Shown: positions 1 through 12,231 of the stretch, one piece after another
How the letters are laid out: every line of letters starts with the position of its first letter
Position numbering within the stretch: the first letter of the stretch is position 1
From: Azolla caroliniana
Lineage: Eukaryota; Plantae; Polypodiophyta
Reading direction: 5' to 3'
DNA length: 64,000 nt
NCBI GenBank assembly: GCA_043228905.1
Contig: JBHGNT010000041.1
Span: 166,075-230,074 of the forward strand
Position numbers and translations under genes: made by a program
Notes under the pieces: generated by a model
What the model was told of the DNA's origin: nothing
What the model saw: the letters and a program-made list of their open reading frames with translations, nothing else
Databases searched by the model: none

Positions 1-283
1 CTTTCACCCACATAAAATGGGCTTCTGGGTCTTTCTTTAGTATTTCTATCCTACTATGTATCTCTCTCCGAAATAATATCGCAACCCCTCCAGACCCTCT
101 AGTAGTGTGTCGACGTGAGGTTTGTCTAAAGACAGATTCCCAACGAAAACCATCAACTCGTGGTAATCCTCGATTTGGACTTTGATGTGTTTCTACCAAA
201 AAAAGTATATCAGATACCCTCAAAATCTCCTCTAGACGGCCAGGGTGTGTCCAAAGTGCACCGTTACAATTCCATAAACTCAT
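1..283 (-). CDS. LINE ORF2 N-terminus, AP-endonuclease (EEP) domain; runs off the window
   Basis: Manual translation from the ATG at 283 gives MSLWNCNGALW...SDILFLVETHQ...GSGGVAILFRR...FMWVK. These are the WN.NG, D...L.ET and GGVAI motifs of non-LTR endonucleases, and the frame is open to position 1. Confidence 0.85.
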   Translation of the reverse strand, partial: MSLWNCNGALWTHPGRLEEILRVSDILFLVETHQSPNRGLPRVDGFRWESVFRQTSRRHTTRGSGGVAILFRREIHSRIEILKKDPEAHFMWVK

Positions 284-319
284 CCTAAGTCTATTATTTG
301 TCACATGGGCCACACGCCG

Positions 320-1123
320 TCAATTGGCAGCGCGATCATTTATTATGACCCGTCCGTCTCGGTAGAAGGCACGATGCCCCTCTTTACGAGCTTGTATGAC
401 TCGCGGCATACAAGTTTTACGATACTCAATTTGCATCTTGGTCAAGTCTTCATCGAGGTAGATGGGCTCCCCGCCCAATCCTCGAAGAATTGGTCTCTTT
501 TTAAAAAAGGCGATTCTAGATTCCGAGTCCTTAAATTGAAGAACTAAAGCTCTTTTCCTAGTGGTGTCACGCCCTACCCTCCAAGTTTTAGTGATTGGTA
601 GGGCTTCATATCCCAACATTTTACCCAAGGTTTGTGCATCTTCGTCGGGAGATGCCCCTTCCTTGAGCCCAGTAACTCGTACATTTAGGCGTCGAGCTTG
701 ACGCATTTTTTCCTCCTCGAGGGTAGTGTTTACAATATTTTCGTCCTTTAGTTCTTTTTTAATATTACGTTTTACTACATCAACCCACCCAGTTTTTGCT
801 AGTTCCATATCACTTTTAACCTCTTCTTTAACTTTTTTTATCTCGTCCTTAATATCCTCTAGAGAAGATATTTCACCATCTTCCCTAGATGTTTCAAGGT
901 CCTTAATTCGTTTTTGAAGGTTTACGTTATCTACCTTAAGTTTCGCTACTTCAGCAATAAGCAATTCTCTTTCTTCCTTATCTTTTTGTTTTTCAGCTTC
1001 AATTTCTTTCACCCATTTTTCCATTTTAACGAACCGGTTAAGGACATCTAAAAAATCTTCCTTACTTATAATTTCTTCGTTTGTTTCCTTATGGTTTCGT
1101 CGAGAAGTCATCTTGTAATTCAA
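320..1123 (-). CDS. LINE ORF1: coiled coil plus RRM-like and CTD (Transposase_22/L1-ORF1-like); likely ATG at 1111
   Basis: Intact 267-aa ORF. E/K-rich heptads are followed by RRLNVRVTGLKE...RVGR...RALVLQF...IYLDEDLT...AFYRDGRVIIN. It ends about 37 nt upstream of ORF2. Confidence 0.8.
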   Translation of the reverse strand: MNYKMTSRRNHKETNEEIISKEDFLDVLNRFVKMEKWVKEIEAEKQKDKEERELLIAEVAKLKVDNVNLQKRIKDLETSREDGEISSLEDIKDEIKKVKEEVKSDMELAKTGWVDVVKRNIKKELKDENIVNTTLEEEKMRQARRLNVRVTGLKEGASPDEDAQTLGKMLGYEALPITKTWRVGRDTTRKRALVLQFKDSESRIAFFKKRPILRGLGGEPIYLDEDLTKMQIEYRKTCMPRVIQARKEGHRAFYRDGRVIINDRAAN

Positions 1124-1647
1124 AAGATAAAGAAAGAAAAAGACAAAAGGACAGAAAAAACTTAGCCGAGCATCGACGTCTTTCGCGCTAGATATGAGTG
1201 TAGAAGCACATGTATGCTTGTTTCAGCCGGTGACGTCGTCCGGTAAGTGAAGTACCACGATGAAGGGCAACGGCTACACACGATAAAAGCGGCCAAGAAT
1301 CGAGGACGGCGACAATCGGCAAACAACACACCCAAGAACGACGGTAGACGAAAGAAGATGGCAACGGTGACGGCGACGGCGACAGTCGGCAGACGGCAGA
1401 CGGCAGACGGCGGCAGCAGACGACGATGACCGTCGACAGACGACGGAGACGGCGGCAGCAAACGGCGGCGACAGTCGGCAGACGACGGCGACGACGACAG
1501 CAGGCGACGGCGGCGTCAGCAGCAACAGCGACAACAGGCGGCGTCGTCGGCAGCAGCAGACGACGGCGGCAGCAGATGACGCGGCTGCAGACGACGGCGG
1601 CAGCAGATGACGGCCACGTAACGGTCAAAAACAGAGAGTAACGGTCA

Positions 1648-1651
<4 letters not shown>

Positions 1652-1703
<52 letters not shown>
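1652..1703. repeat. (GA)n microsatellite
   Basis: Direct reading. Confidence 0.95.
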
Positions 1704-1706
<3 letters not shown>

Positions 1707-1875
1707 TCAACTGTATATTACATAAGACTTCCAACAATAACTAAATTACAATGAGTTGGTTTATATACCAACTAAGCTAGGGCAAGCACCCTTTCTGCTA
1801 TTTACAAAACTAGCATGGTATGACCATGGGCTAGTGTGAACCTATTCCTCTAGGAAGTTGAGTTCGATTCTCAAC

Positions 1876-2085
1876 AATTTTACGTTTTATGTTCCAAGTA
1901 GGTCATATGTTGATTTATGTTTTAAGTTTTATGTTTCAAGTATGTCATATGTTGATTTATATTTTAAGTTTTATGTTTCAAGTATGTCATATGTTGATTC
2001 ATGTTTTAAGGTTTATGTTTCAAGTATGCCATACATTGATTTATGTTTTAAGTTTTAAGTTTCAAGTATGTCATCGTTGAATTTG
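1876..2085 (+). repeat. 42-bp tandem repeat, about 5 units
   Basis: Unit TTTAAGTTTTATGTTTCAAGTATGTCATATGTTGATTTATGT. A reverse-complement array lies at 8370-8650. Confidence 0.9.
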
Positions 2086-2914
2086 TGTTCATTTGCATGT
2101 AACAAGAGGTACAATATTGACTGGATAGATGAAATATGAAAAGAAGAAAGCATTTTGGGGTTTAATAACATATTCCACTAAGTGAAATAAGGTAGAATTG
2201 TTTCCATTACTTTCTTTTAGTCTAATGAATTATTGTTTTTCTTAAACATCATTTGAACCTTATGTCTAATGGTGGTTCGATTTGAAACATATTTCATTAT
2301 TATAGTAAGTTGGTTTTGCATTTGTATTTTTGTTGCAAACTATATAATCTAAGGAAAAGGTGCACTAGAAAGAAATATTGTATTGCCAATATTAAGTGTG
2401 ATTGAATGTAGCACATATATTGATCGATAAGCGTCACATATTGAATCAATCATATATTAATCTCTTCCTCGTTGATGGGAAGAGTACATTAATATACATG
2501 CAAGAATCAATTGATAGTTGCTAAAATCCCAAAACCAAATGTCGAAACCCTAAAAAAGAAAGAAGTTGAAGAAGAAGAAAACCTAAGGGTGAAAGCATGC
2601 AAGTGGAAACAATTAGATATGTCCTTGACATAGCTAATTAGCTATGCAAAAAGCTACCATTGATAAATAGTCATTTTTGCAAAAAGCTACCATTGATAAA
2701 TTAGCTATGCAAAAAGCTACCATTGAAAATAGTAGAGAGTTTTAATTATATAAATGAGCACCATAAATGTGCAACATAAACGTGAAACATAAATTGATAT
2801 GTGCACCACAAATTATATACTGAATTCCTAGGTCCATTATGCATGATCCTTTGCCACATCACGTGGGTCATCTTTGGTTGAGTATTCTGGCTTAGATTAC
2901 TACCACTGTTGCTA

Positions 2915-3860
2915 AATCCTATTGAGTCCACTCCTCCATTGCCGCCATTCTACACTCAGTTATCGGCACTGTGTGGTCCAAGTATCATCTGCTACTGTTC
3001 GATCCGACGGAGTTCACTCCTCCATTGCCGCCACTCTACACTCAGTTGCCGCTATTGTGAAGGTCGTATATTGCTGCCACTTTTCGATCCAATGGAATTA
3101 ACCCCTTCTCCACTGTCGCCATTCTACTCTCAGTTGCCATCACTGTGCGTTCCAAGCATCATCTGCCACTGTTCGATCTGATGGAGTTCACTCATCCATT
3201 GCCATCATTCTACACTTAGTTGTCACTACTATTTGGTGACTGGTCCTAGATTGCTGCCACTTTTTGATTTGACGGAGTTCACTCATCCATTGCCAACATT
3301 CTACACTTAGTTGCCGCTACTGTTCGGTCGTGTATTGTTGCCACTTTTCAATCTGAGGGAGTTCACTCCTTCTCCATTGCCACCATTGTACTCTCAGTTG
3401 TCATCACTGTGCGTTCCAAGCATCATCTGGCACTGTTCAATCTGACGGACTTCACTCCTCCATTGCCATCATTCTATACTTAGTTGCCGCTACTGTTCAC
3501 TTTTCGATTTGACGGAGTTCACTCATCCATTGCCATCATTCTACACTTAGTTGTTGCTATTGTTTGGTGGTGTATTGCTGCCACTTTTTGATCCAAAGGA
3601 GTTCACTCCTTCTCCACTACTGCCATTCTACTCTTAGTTGTCGTCAGTGTGCGTTCCAAGAATCATCTGCCACTATTCGATCCAACGGAATTCACTCCTC
3701 CATTGCCATCATTCTACACTCAATTGCCGCAATTGTTCGGTCCTGGATTGTCAAAACTGTTCGATCAAATGGAGTTCACTCCTCCACTACCGCCCTTCTA
3801 CACTTAGTTGCCGCGACTATTCGGCCCTGGATTACCACCACTGTTCGGTCTTGGATTTGA
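2915..3860 (+). repeat. Degenerate 58-85-bp tandem repeat inside the Sola2-like element
   Basis: Recurring core GGAGTTCACTCCTCCATTGCCATCATTCTACACTTAGTTGCCGCTACTGTTCG, about 12 units. Confidence 0.85.
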
Positions 3861-3986
3861 ATAACTATTCTATTTATTGATTATCTTGTGTATTGTGGAA
3901 TATTTTTGTGTATTGTTGTAGCCCATAGCCATCTTTAATACGTGTCTTTTTTTCGGGGAAATTAGGGTTTAAACCCATCAAGCCAA

Positions 3987-4753
3987 ATGGAAGGGGAAGG
4001 AGGGTGTTTAGAATTACTCCTCAATGATCATCAGGACAGGGATGACGCTATCAGGACACAACAAGTGATACAAAAGTATTGGGCAGAAAAAAGAAGAAGA
4101 AAACATCGTCAATTATTGAAGGATACAAAAGCCACACTCACTAAAGGTAAAGATAGTATTGGTTGCGATATAGGTCTAAATATCACTGAGAATGGAAGTA
4201 ATGAACTACTATCATAGAGAGAAAGGTTGTAGACTATTTCAATGTTCAAACCAAGCACATCAGCAATGAAGACAAGAAGGTAGTACTTTATGGAATATTA
4301 AATGATGCATCAATAAAGGAGTTAGTTGATTGTGATGGTCTTAAAGCAAACATAACATCTATACTAGTAAATAATCTCTGTAATAGTTTCGTATCCATGA
4401 GTAGTAGGTCAGAAGATGATCTTGTCTTAAAAAGGTCTAGTCTAATGATGTTACTTAATAGTGATGTTGACGATATTAACATCAGTGTGATATCTAAGGT
4501 AATTGGTGTTAGTGGAAAAAGTGTGTACAATACATTAAACCGGATAGTTTCCTTGGGTGAAGGAACTAATCTGCTAAAGCTAACAACAAGATGTAAGCCA
4601 ATGACACCCATAACATAAAAAATCAAGGATATAATCACAATATTTTGGACTAATGAGAGTAGGGTTTCACCCAATAAGAAGGATTTATGCAGGAAACGTG
4701 TTGGAAGGAGTCAATACGAGGAGCATCCCATTCATCTTCTTGATGTACCTCAG
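3987..4753 (+). pseudogene. N-terminal exon of a putative Sola2-type transposase, with stops
   Basis: The ATG at 3987 follows a TTAGGGTTT telo-box. The frame continues through stops to ...IFWTNESRVSPNKKDLCRKRVGRSQYEEHPIHLLDVPQ, then a CAG|GTATTT donor. From memory this resembles the SR..P.KKD N-terminal motif of Sola2-type proteins. Confidence 0.5.
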
Positions 4754-4829
4754 GTATTTACATTTATCTCAACATTTGTTTTGACTTTTGAGCTTAGTTA
4801 GTTAGCTTATTAGCTACCTCTGAATATGA

Positions 4830-6070
4830 CCATAGCTAACTAGCTACTAGTAATAGCTAATTAGCTACCATTGATAGCTATTTAGCTGCCTAGAACAATA
4901 GCTAATTAGCGCTAATTATTTGGTTATGACTATAGCTAATTAGCTACCAGAATTGCTAATCCCCTACTGGAATAACTACTATACTAAACTATGGTAGTAG
5001 CTAATTAGCTACTGTATTAAACTATGGTATAGCTAATTAGCTACTGTATTAAACTATGGTAGTAGCTAATTAGCTACCACTTAGCTAATTAGCAACTATA
5101 ACTAAAGTATGGTAGTAGCTAATTAGCTACCACTTAACTAATTAGCTATTGTACTAAACTATGGTAGTAGTTAATTAGCTACCACTTAGCTAATTAGCTA
5201 CTCAACTAAAGTATGGTAGTAGCTAATTAGCTACCAGAATTGTTAATCCCCTATTGGAATAACTACTATATTAAACTATGGTAGTAGCTAATTAGCTACT
5301 GTATTAAACTATGGTAGTAGCTAATTAGCTACCACTTAGCTAATTAGCTACTTAGCTGAAGTATGGTGGTAGCTAATTAGCTACCAATTAGCTAATTCGC
5401 GACTCAACTAAAGTATGGTAGTAGCTAATCAGCCACTATAACTAAAGTATGGTAGTAGCTAATTAGCTACCACTTAACTAATTAGCTATTGTACTAAACT
5501 ATGGTAGTAGTTAATTAACTACCACTTAGCTAATTAGCTACTCAACTAAAGTATGGTAGTAGCTAATTAGCTACTCAACTAAAGTATGGTAGTAGCTAAT
5601 TAGCGACTCAATTAAAGTATGGTACTAGCTAATTAACCACTATAACTAAAGTATGGTAGTAGCTAATTAGCTACTCAACTAAAGTATGGTAGTAGCTAAT
5701 TAGCTACTCAACTAAAGTATGGTAGTAGCTAATTAGCGACTCAGTTAAAGTATGGTACTAGCTAATTAACCACTATAACTAAAGTATGGTAGTAGCTAAT
5801 TAGCTACCACTTAACTAATTAGCTACTACACTAAAGTATTGTAGTAGCTAATTAGCTACCACTTAGCTATTGTACTAAACTATAGTAATAGCTAATTAGC
5901 TACCAGTTAGTTAACTAGCTACTCAGCTAAAGTATGGTAGTAGCTAATTAGGTAAGTGGTAGATAATTAGCTATTGTACTAAACTATGGTAGTCGCTAAT
6001 TAGCTACCACTTAGCTAATTAGCTACCACTTAGCTAATTAGCTACTGTACTACACTATGGTAGTAGCTAA
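4830..6070. repeat. Palindrome-based satellite built on GGTAGTAGCTAATTAGCTAC and AACTAAAGTAT
   Basis: Dozens of exact or near-exact copies of the 14-bp palindrome TAGCTAATTAGCTA in units of about 31-47 bp. Confidence 0.95.
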
Positions 6071-6818
6071 ATGACATGTATTTAACTAATAAAACATAAA
6101 ATTTCGTAAACCATCCTTATGATTTTCCCACAAAAAACTAGCTAAACAAATAGCTAATTAGTTGTGACCATTTTAGTAGCTAATTAGCTATAATAGTGTT
6201 TCCACTCGCATGCTTTTACCCCTAAATGATATTAAAATTTACCAATAAGCAAAATAAACTCTCTTCTTAATAAGAGAGGAAAAGAGCTTTAAACCATGCA
6301 CCTATTAACAAAAAAAAAAAAGTCTAACCACCAAACCATTACATTTTAATATTATTTTTATTAAGTACTTCATTTATTGTTCTAAAAATTGGGTGGTTGG
6401 GCAACCTGCATCAGTCAGGGTTGGGCGACCAAGGACTCAAAGTTGGGTGACCTCTGATAGATTTTTATCGTTCTTTCTTATCCAAATCGGACGGTGCACA
6501 TCGCACACGCCTTCCTTTGAGCAACTTGCACCGTCTGTGGCCGTGATTCCCTCCCCAACCCTATTTATGATTTGGTATAAAATAGACACGAGCTACATAC
6601 ATACATGCATATATACCATACCATACATACATACATGCATACACACACACTCACTCACTCACACACACTCTCTCTCTCTCTCTCTCTCTCTCGTGTCTAT
6701 TATATATACACTAAATCATATATAGGACTGGTGAGGGAATTGTGACCACAGACGATGCAGATTACTCAACCGATGGCGCATGCAATTTGCATCGTCTGAT
6801 TTGGATAAGAAAGAATGT

Positions 6819-8063
6819 TGTTGTGAAGATTTTCAGCAACGGTGTGAAAATTGCATGGAATGTACAAAATCGAGTGTGGTTCTTCACACAAAATATGAAA
6901 CAATAATAATGAAGATATTATTTTATATCTTGGTACGAAAAGATGGATGTCTTCAAGAGCTTCTTAATGCATTTTACTACATGTGAAATGGACAACTTAG
7001 TGTCAAGAAATGTGAGTGTGAAGTTTGAGAAGAAGAAGAGGAAGACAAAACTATGAGATATCCCACATAGATAGGACAAATCAGGATCCCACGGTATATA
7101 ACCAGAGCCAGAACTTGTCACTTTATGTCTATGAGTGGAGCATAGAATGTTCTTGGGCTAAATTGTGGCTTAACTCCTCATAATGGTTTTGGGTGACCAG
7201 ACGGAGACGGAGCCAGAGTTCGGAACTGGAACCGGAACGAATGGCGACGGCAACGGCGACGGAACCAGAACCGGAACGGATGGCGACGATGATGAAACCA
7301 GAACCGAAATCGGTTGGGGACGGCGACTGGACCGGATAGACCGGATCACCATGTCGGATGCGGACCAGATGGACCAGATAGACGGATCGATCAAATAGGT
7401 GATCACGATGATTTCAGTGTGAAACGAACAAAATATCTAGACTAAAAAACCTAGTAAAGGATTGTATACAAAGGGATGCAAGCAAGGCTTGAACCTTGCA
7501 CCTCCAAGATAGGAGACAATAGACTTACCACTAAGCTAAGTCATTTCCATAAAAATGTTCTTTCTATCATTATATTTTTACATGTAATTTCTCATATTAG
7601 AGCTTGATTGAGTGACATGGTTATCATGCATCACATGTAATGCATGAGCGCCAAATGGCAAACATGCATCACATGCATTCCATGCATTATATGCATGTCT
7701 TGTAACCTCACATGCATCATATGCATGGGGGTGTCTATAAAAGAGTGGTTGAAAAAGACAAAAGGGGAGGAGGTATTAATCAGGCAAGCTTTGTACTTTA
7801 TATCAAAATTAATATTAAGAAGAAAATTCGTTATCCAATTGATGATATATCTTGTTCCTCAAATCTAAAGTAAAGGGTTCGATCTTAATCTCTCTCTCCA
7901 TTTCAATCTTTCTCAATCTAAAGTCAAGCGTGCTATCTTATCTCAATCTCTCTCTATCTTAAATACTTTCTCGCTAAAGCTAGTGCAAACTTCGAATCCT
8001 TCTGGTTCAGAACCCCGGTGGTTCTGCCTCACGATCCGCACGTAGTGACGGATCTTCACGACA
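6819..8063 (+). mobile_element. Solo LTR (TGTTGTGAAG...CTTCACGACA) in the left subterminal region of MULE2
   Basis: TG...CA ends with short inverted termini. It interrupts sequence that is contiguous in MULE1. TATA-like CTATAAAAG near 7736. Flanks ATGT/ACAC could be a CpG-decayed ACGC TSD. Confidence 0.6.
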
Positions 8064-8369
8064 ACACGCGAAAAAAAAAATGTTAGAGGTTGCCCAACTC
8101 TGAGTCCTCGGTCGCCCAACCCTGTCAGAGGTCGTCAACTCTGTGTATTTGGTCCCCAAATCCAACCGTTGCAGGCTACCCAACCTTGACCGTTGCAAGT
8201 TGCCCAACCAAATGTGTCATTTCAACCAAAATCTTCAAATAAGCTTGATCTTGAAACTTAAAACTTGCAATAACATATCAGACAGTCACAAAATCAACAT
8301 TAAAATTTCCAAAATCGACGAACTTCACCGTACTTAACATAAGACAAATAATCATCTTAAAGCATACAA

Positions 8370-8650
8370 CTTTAAAACAGAAATAAACTTATAACATACT
8401 TGAAACATAAAATTTAAAACAAAAATCAACTTATAACATACTCGAAACATAAAACTTAAAACAAAAATCAACTTACAACATACTTGAAACATAAAACTTA
8501 AAACAAATATCAACTTATAACATACTTGAAACATAAAACTTAAAACAGAAATCAACTTATAACATACTTGAAACATAACACTTAAAACAGAAATCAACTT
8601 ATAACATATGACATACTTGAAACATAAATCAACATATGACATCCTTTTAA
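8370..8650 (-). repeat. 42-bp tandem repeat downstream of the MULE2 transposase
   Basis: ACATACTTGAAACATAAAACTTAAAACAGAAATCAACTTATA, about 6 copies. Confidence 0.9.
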
Positions 8651-8869
8651 CATAAATCCACTTTAAACATCGTAAACTAAATTGCAAAACCACTCAAGCT
8701 ATGTTTATGGCTCATCCGGACATGATGGCAAGATGCGGCCACAATTGTTGTAACAATCAGAATTTGAGTCCCTTGATCTACGGATCAAGGCATCGTTACA
8801 ATGCAAGCATCGAATCTATCGCACATATTGGCAACTACCTCCTAGCTTGACTTGCACCTCTTTGCATTT

Positions 8870-11617
8870 TTTCGGTGTGTGCCTTGGAAGTGTTTGGGGA
8901 GCTGCCAATAAGATCTTGCGAAATGTTGACTGATGCTTCTCTCTTCGCATCAATTGTTTACTTCCGCATTATGGATCCACCATCTTCTTCATTGGTTGGT
9001 TCCGGTGCACCAACGTGATACCCCACTGTTTGTCTCATTTCTTTGCAAGACGCCATACATGTCAAAACTTTCACATGGTCGATGGATCGTAACCCTTGCC
9101 TAAGACATTGAATAGTTGCCTCAATCATTGGTAATTCTGACTCCCATTCCTCCATATCTGATGCACGCCGATTTGCCTCCTCGACTGGTTCTACCTTTGT
9201 CTCCACTTCGGTTTTTGTGAAATAGTCATTGCACATATGGGCTACATGATCTATAATAGGCAACGACCCACATAGATGTGGCATGTGCCTCTCAACAATC
9301 ATCCAAATGCCAAGTATATGCTTACATTTACTCGCAGGGTCTTGGCAATCACAATATGAGCACTGGAGCGATACATTATACCATAGAGTGGATTTAGTCA
9401 AGCTCAATATTTTTAACCAATATCGGGGCTCGTCCACAATATGCACCATCACATCATTAGTTTCAAACCTCTCTAGTATCCTGTTTGCCTCTTTAAGTCT
9501 TGTTGTTTGATCCCTACAATTAGCATGGGGTGCAAATCTACCACTCTCACATATGTCGTTGCTTGTACCATTCAATAACAGTGCCTCAGACGCAAGTGCT
9601 AGTTTGATTGTCCTTGATTAAAATATGCGCAAGATCGGTAATTGATCGGTTTATTCTCCCTCTCAAGGCTGTATATTTGATAAACTACCAATGTCTCTCC
9701 ACAATATTGGTAGTGTCAACATGTCTGTAGTTGAACATTCTACCAAACTTGGGCCACAGTTTCCTCCACACACATGTCAAGCCACACCATCCTCCTTCTA
9801 TATATTGCCAAACACCTGGCTTGTTTGCATATTCTACCTTTAACTTCTCACATTGGGCACTGAATGTGGATTCCGTAATGCATTGCATGAGTTGGCACAT
9901 CTGATTATAAAGGTGGGCTCTCTCAATTGCACTTACCTTTGGCAACAAGTTGTCCACCCATGTTTTTTTTGTCGTGGAACTGACACAACAAAAGTCGACA
10001 ATGTGTTTGCGACTTTTGCCTATTTGCAACAATCCAAGATAATCGGTCTGTTGCAACCACATTACTTATGGCATTATACGATGTCCAACTTTTATCAATG
10101 ACTATTACATTTGGCCTCACATCGGGCATCCGTGCGAATATGACTCTCAAGCAAGTTTGACCCCTTATCAGAACTACATGTCATGTACCATAATGGGATA
10201 TCAATTCCCATGGTGTTTGGGGCCACAACTGCATATAATGGCAACCCAAATTGATTTGTTTTAAACGTGGAGTCGATTGCCCAAGAGTTGTTTATTGACA
10301 GTCGTTCACACATCTCTAACATCCATTCATCTTGAAGCACCAAGATGAACGGTTGCTTTGCGTGAGCTCCATATTCACTAGGCAAGTAAGGTTGGACATG
10401 AGCCACCTTCCCAAGATCTCGGAGTGTATAGGCATCTTGCATCATCAAAGACCAATCAACCTCTGACATGGCACTCCCAATTTTTAACTTGTTGGCCATG
10501 TTATGGACCTCCATTGATATCATAAAGAACCTATAACTCACAAGGTCTAATGGACTAGCCTTGGACTTATGATACGCTTCCTTATGCATGCTCATTCGTG
10601 CCACATGTCGTGCACATCCAACATAAAAAAGGTCATCTTTGTAACAACTTATAACATTACGGTGTGTTGGCAAATATTACACGTCTGGTCTACTTCTCGG
10701 TACATGAACTGTATGAGGTCCATATATTGAAAGGTTCATGGTCAACCCCGACATTCCTTCAAGTGGCCACATGGAACGTACACCCACTTAAGGATGAAGG
10801 CTTTCTATGTTGACCGCACAGATATTGCCGTATGGGCACACTAGCTCGGTGACAAACATACCTAGTCACACGTGCACCCCTTGCGACCCCTGTACGGAAG
10901 TGTGTGTGATTACCTCTTTTGAACATCTGTGAGCATATCATCTACCTTATGGGCCTTTATCTCGATCACTTCTATGGGTCTAGACTTTTTATATTTCACG
11001 ACACTTGTCCCCTCCATGTCAGATGGAGTTAACCTCGACACAACTTGACAACCACATCGGTCAACCAGTGCTTTCACATACATAGTAGGGATCCCATGGT
11101 CATGAAGGTCATCGGACCAAAGTTTCTTTAACTCTTTCAGAGTACCTGTCAATGGCCAATGAGATGCACCATAATGTGACACCAATACCACCTCCCTCCA
11201 ATTCTCTACGTAAGTAACCTAAAGATTGGGAGATGCCTTAAGGTATATTGCATTCTCATTTCTAATCATGAGACAACTCTTCATGTGCCTCCATGCATGT
11301 AGATTGAGAGGTGCACCCCTTGCGACTGCGCTTAATGCTTCAAACGTTACCTTAACTTGACCCGATAAATCTTTAAGCATTAAATCGTACACACCTCTCG
11401 TGAACGCAAAATACTTGGCCGAAAAGTACATGAAGGGATCAACCTCCTCCTCCTTTGGTTCGTATGAAGACGACTCATAGTCTTCGTCAGATGTAGGCGA
11501 TGCTAACACTTTGTCGGATGAAGACGAATCCAACTCTTCGTTGATAGTTGCATAACCATCCTCATAATCATACAATGAGGTTATCAAATCATGGTCATTT
11601 GGATTCATCTCGATCAC
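8870..11617 (-). pseudogene. MULE/MuDR transposase with SWIM zinc finger (frameshifted)
   Basis: Consecutive minus-strand ORFs contain WAIDSTFKTNQFGLPLYAVV, VIVIDKS...NAI, LLCQFH, DTTNIVERHW and the SWIM motif YCDCQDPASKCKHILG. Confidence 0.9.
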
Positions 11618-11849
11618 TTCTAAATCTTTTAGTGATTAATCCAATAACAAAACGTGACTAATTGAAATTTTAAGACTGAGATGTAGTTAACTAGAGTATG
11701 AATAAGACGTGCCTCTGTGACAACATGAATCAGGTGTGCCTCTGTAATTAATTGCAGGATGAATCAGCTCTGATTAAAATGAGGGTTTAGGGATTGATTA
11801 AGGTGACTTAAATTGTGATTAATTTGTATGTTAATATGACCGTTTTTTT

Positions 11850-12231
11850 ATCAAGTTGGCCGACCCATTAATAGGTTCGATGACAATATTAAAACAGGTT
11901 GGGCAACCTGGTTTACGATATCGAGCTGTTTTTAAAGAGGTTGGACGACCTGGTTTATGAGTAGAGATGTTTTTTATGAGGGTTGGGCGACCTGATTAAT
12001 ATAGGTTGGGTGGCTTGATTAATAGGTTGGGGGACTTGCTTTATAAGAATAGTTGTTAGATAAGAGGGTTGGGCGACTTTATTAATGTAGGTTGGGTGGC
12101 CTAATTAATAAATAGGTTGGGTGACCATATTAAAACTGGTTGGGAAACCCGGTTTATGAGAAGATGTTTTTTAAGAGGGTTGGGCGATCTGATTAATATA
12201 GGTTGGGTGACTTGATTAATAGGTAGGGTGG
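11850..12231. repeat. Array of the GGTTGGGYGACC motif upstream of the transposase; continues at 19056-19220
   Basis: More than a dozen exact or near-exact copies. The motif is also clustered at 6390-6455, 8088-8210 and 23620-23775. Confidence 0.85.

Larger units (their letters stand above)
1..1653 (-). mobile_element. 5' half of a LINE with a GC-rich (CGT/CGC/CTG)-repeat 5' UTR
   Basis: ORF1 and ORF2 in tandem, with a CpG-rich low-complexity leader at 1160-1640. The 5' end abuts a (GA)n tract, and TAACGGTCAAAAACAGAGAG is duplicated at about 1620-1657. Confidence 0.75.
2587..6221 (+). mobile_element. Sola2-like DNA transposon, non-autonomous deletion derivative
   Basis: Left TIR GGGTGAAAGCATGCAAGTGGAAACA versus reverse complement of the right end GGGTAAAAGCATGCGAGTGGAAACA (23/25). 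4-bp TSD CTAA at 2583-2586 and 6222-6225. GRG termini with a 4-bp TSD are the Sola2 signature. Confidence 0.7.
1704..6593 (-). mobile_element. MULE copy 1: terminal remnant, inverted relative to copies 2-4
   Basis: TIR at about 6478-6593 ends GACACGAGC, the reverse complement of the GCTCGTGTC start of copy 3. It shares the 42-bp repeat with copy 2 and the AAACCCTAAAAAAGAAAGAAG segment (2531-2582) with copy 3 (24260-24315), both in inverted orientation. The left boundary is not identified. Confidence 0.6.

Noticed and set aside
1162-1641. Several overlapping Arg/Cys/Val-rich ORFs
   Set aside because: By-products of the GC-rich triplet repeats in the LINE 5' UTR.
4830-6070. CRISPR array
   Set aside because: The spacers are themselves repeated, there are no cas genes, and the context is a eukaryotic TE.
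2584-6225. Zator or Harbinger assignment with a TAA TSD
   Set aside because: It requires an indel in the terminal G run; the 4-bp CTAA reading aligns both TIRs without gaps.
7480-7520. tRNA/SINE-like B-box (reverse complement GGTTCAAGCC), also near 21215
   Set aside because: No cloverleaf can be built; it lies inside a solo LTR.
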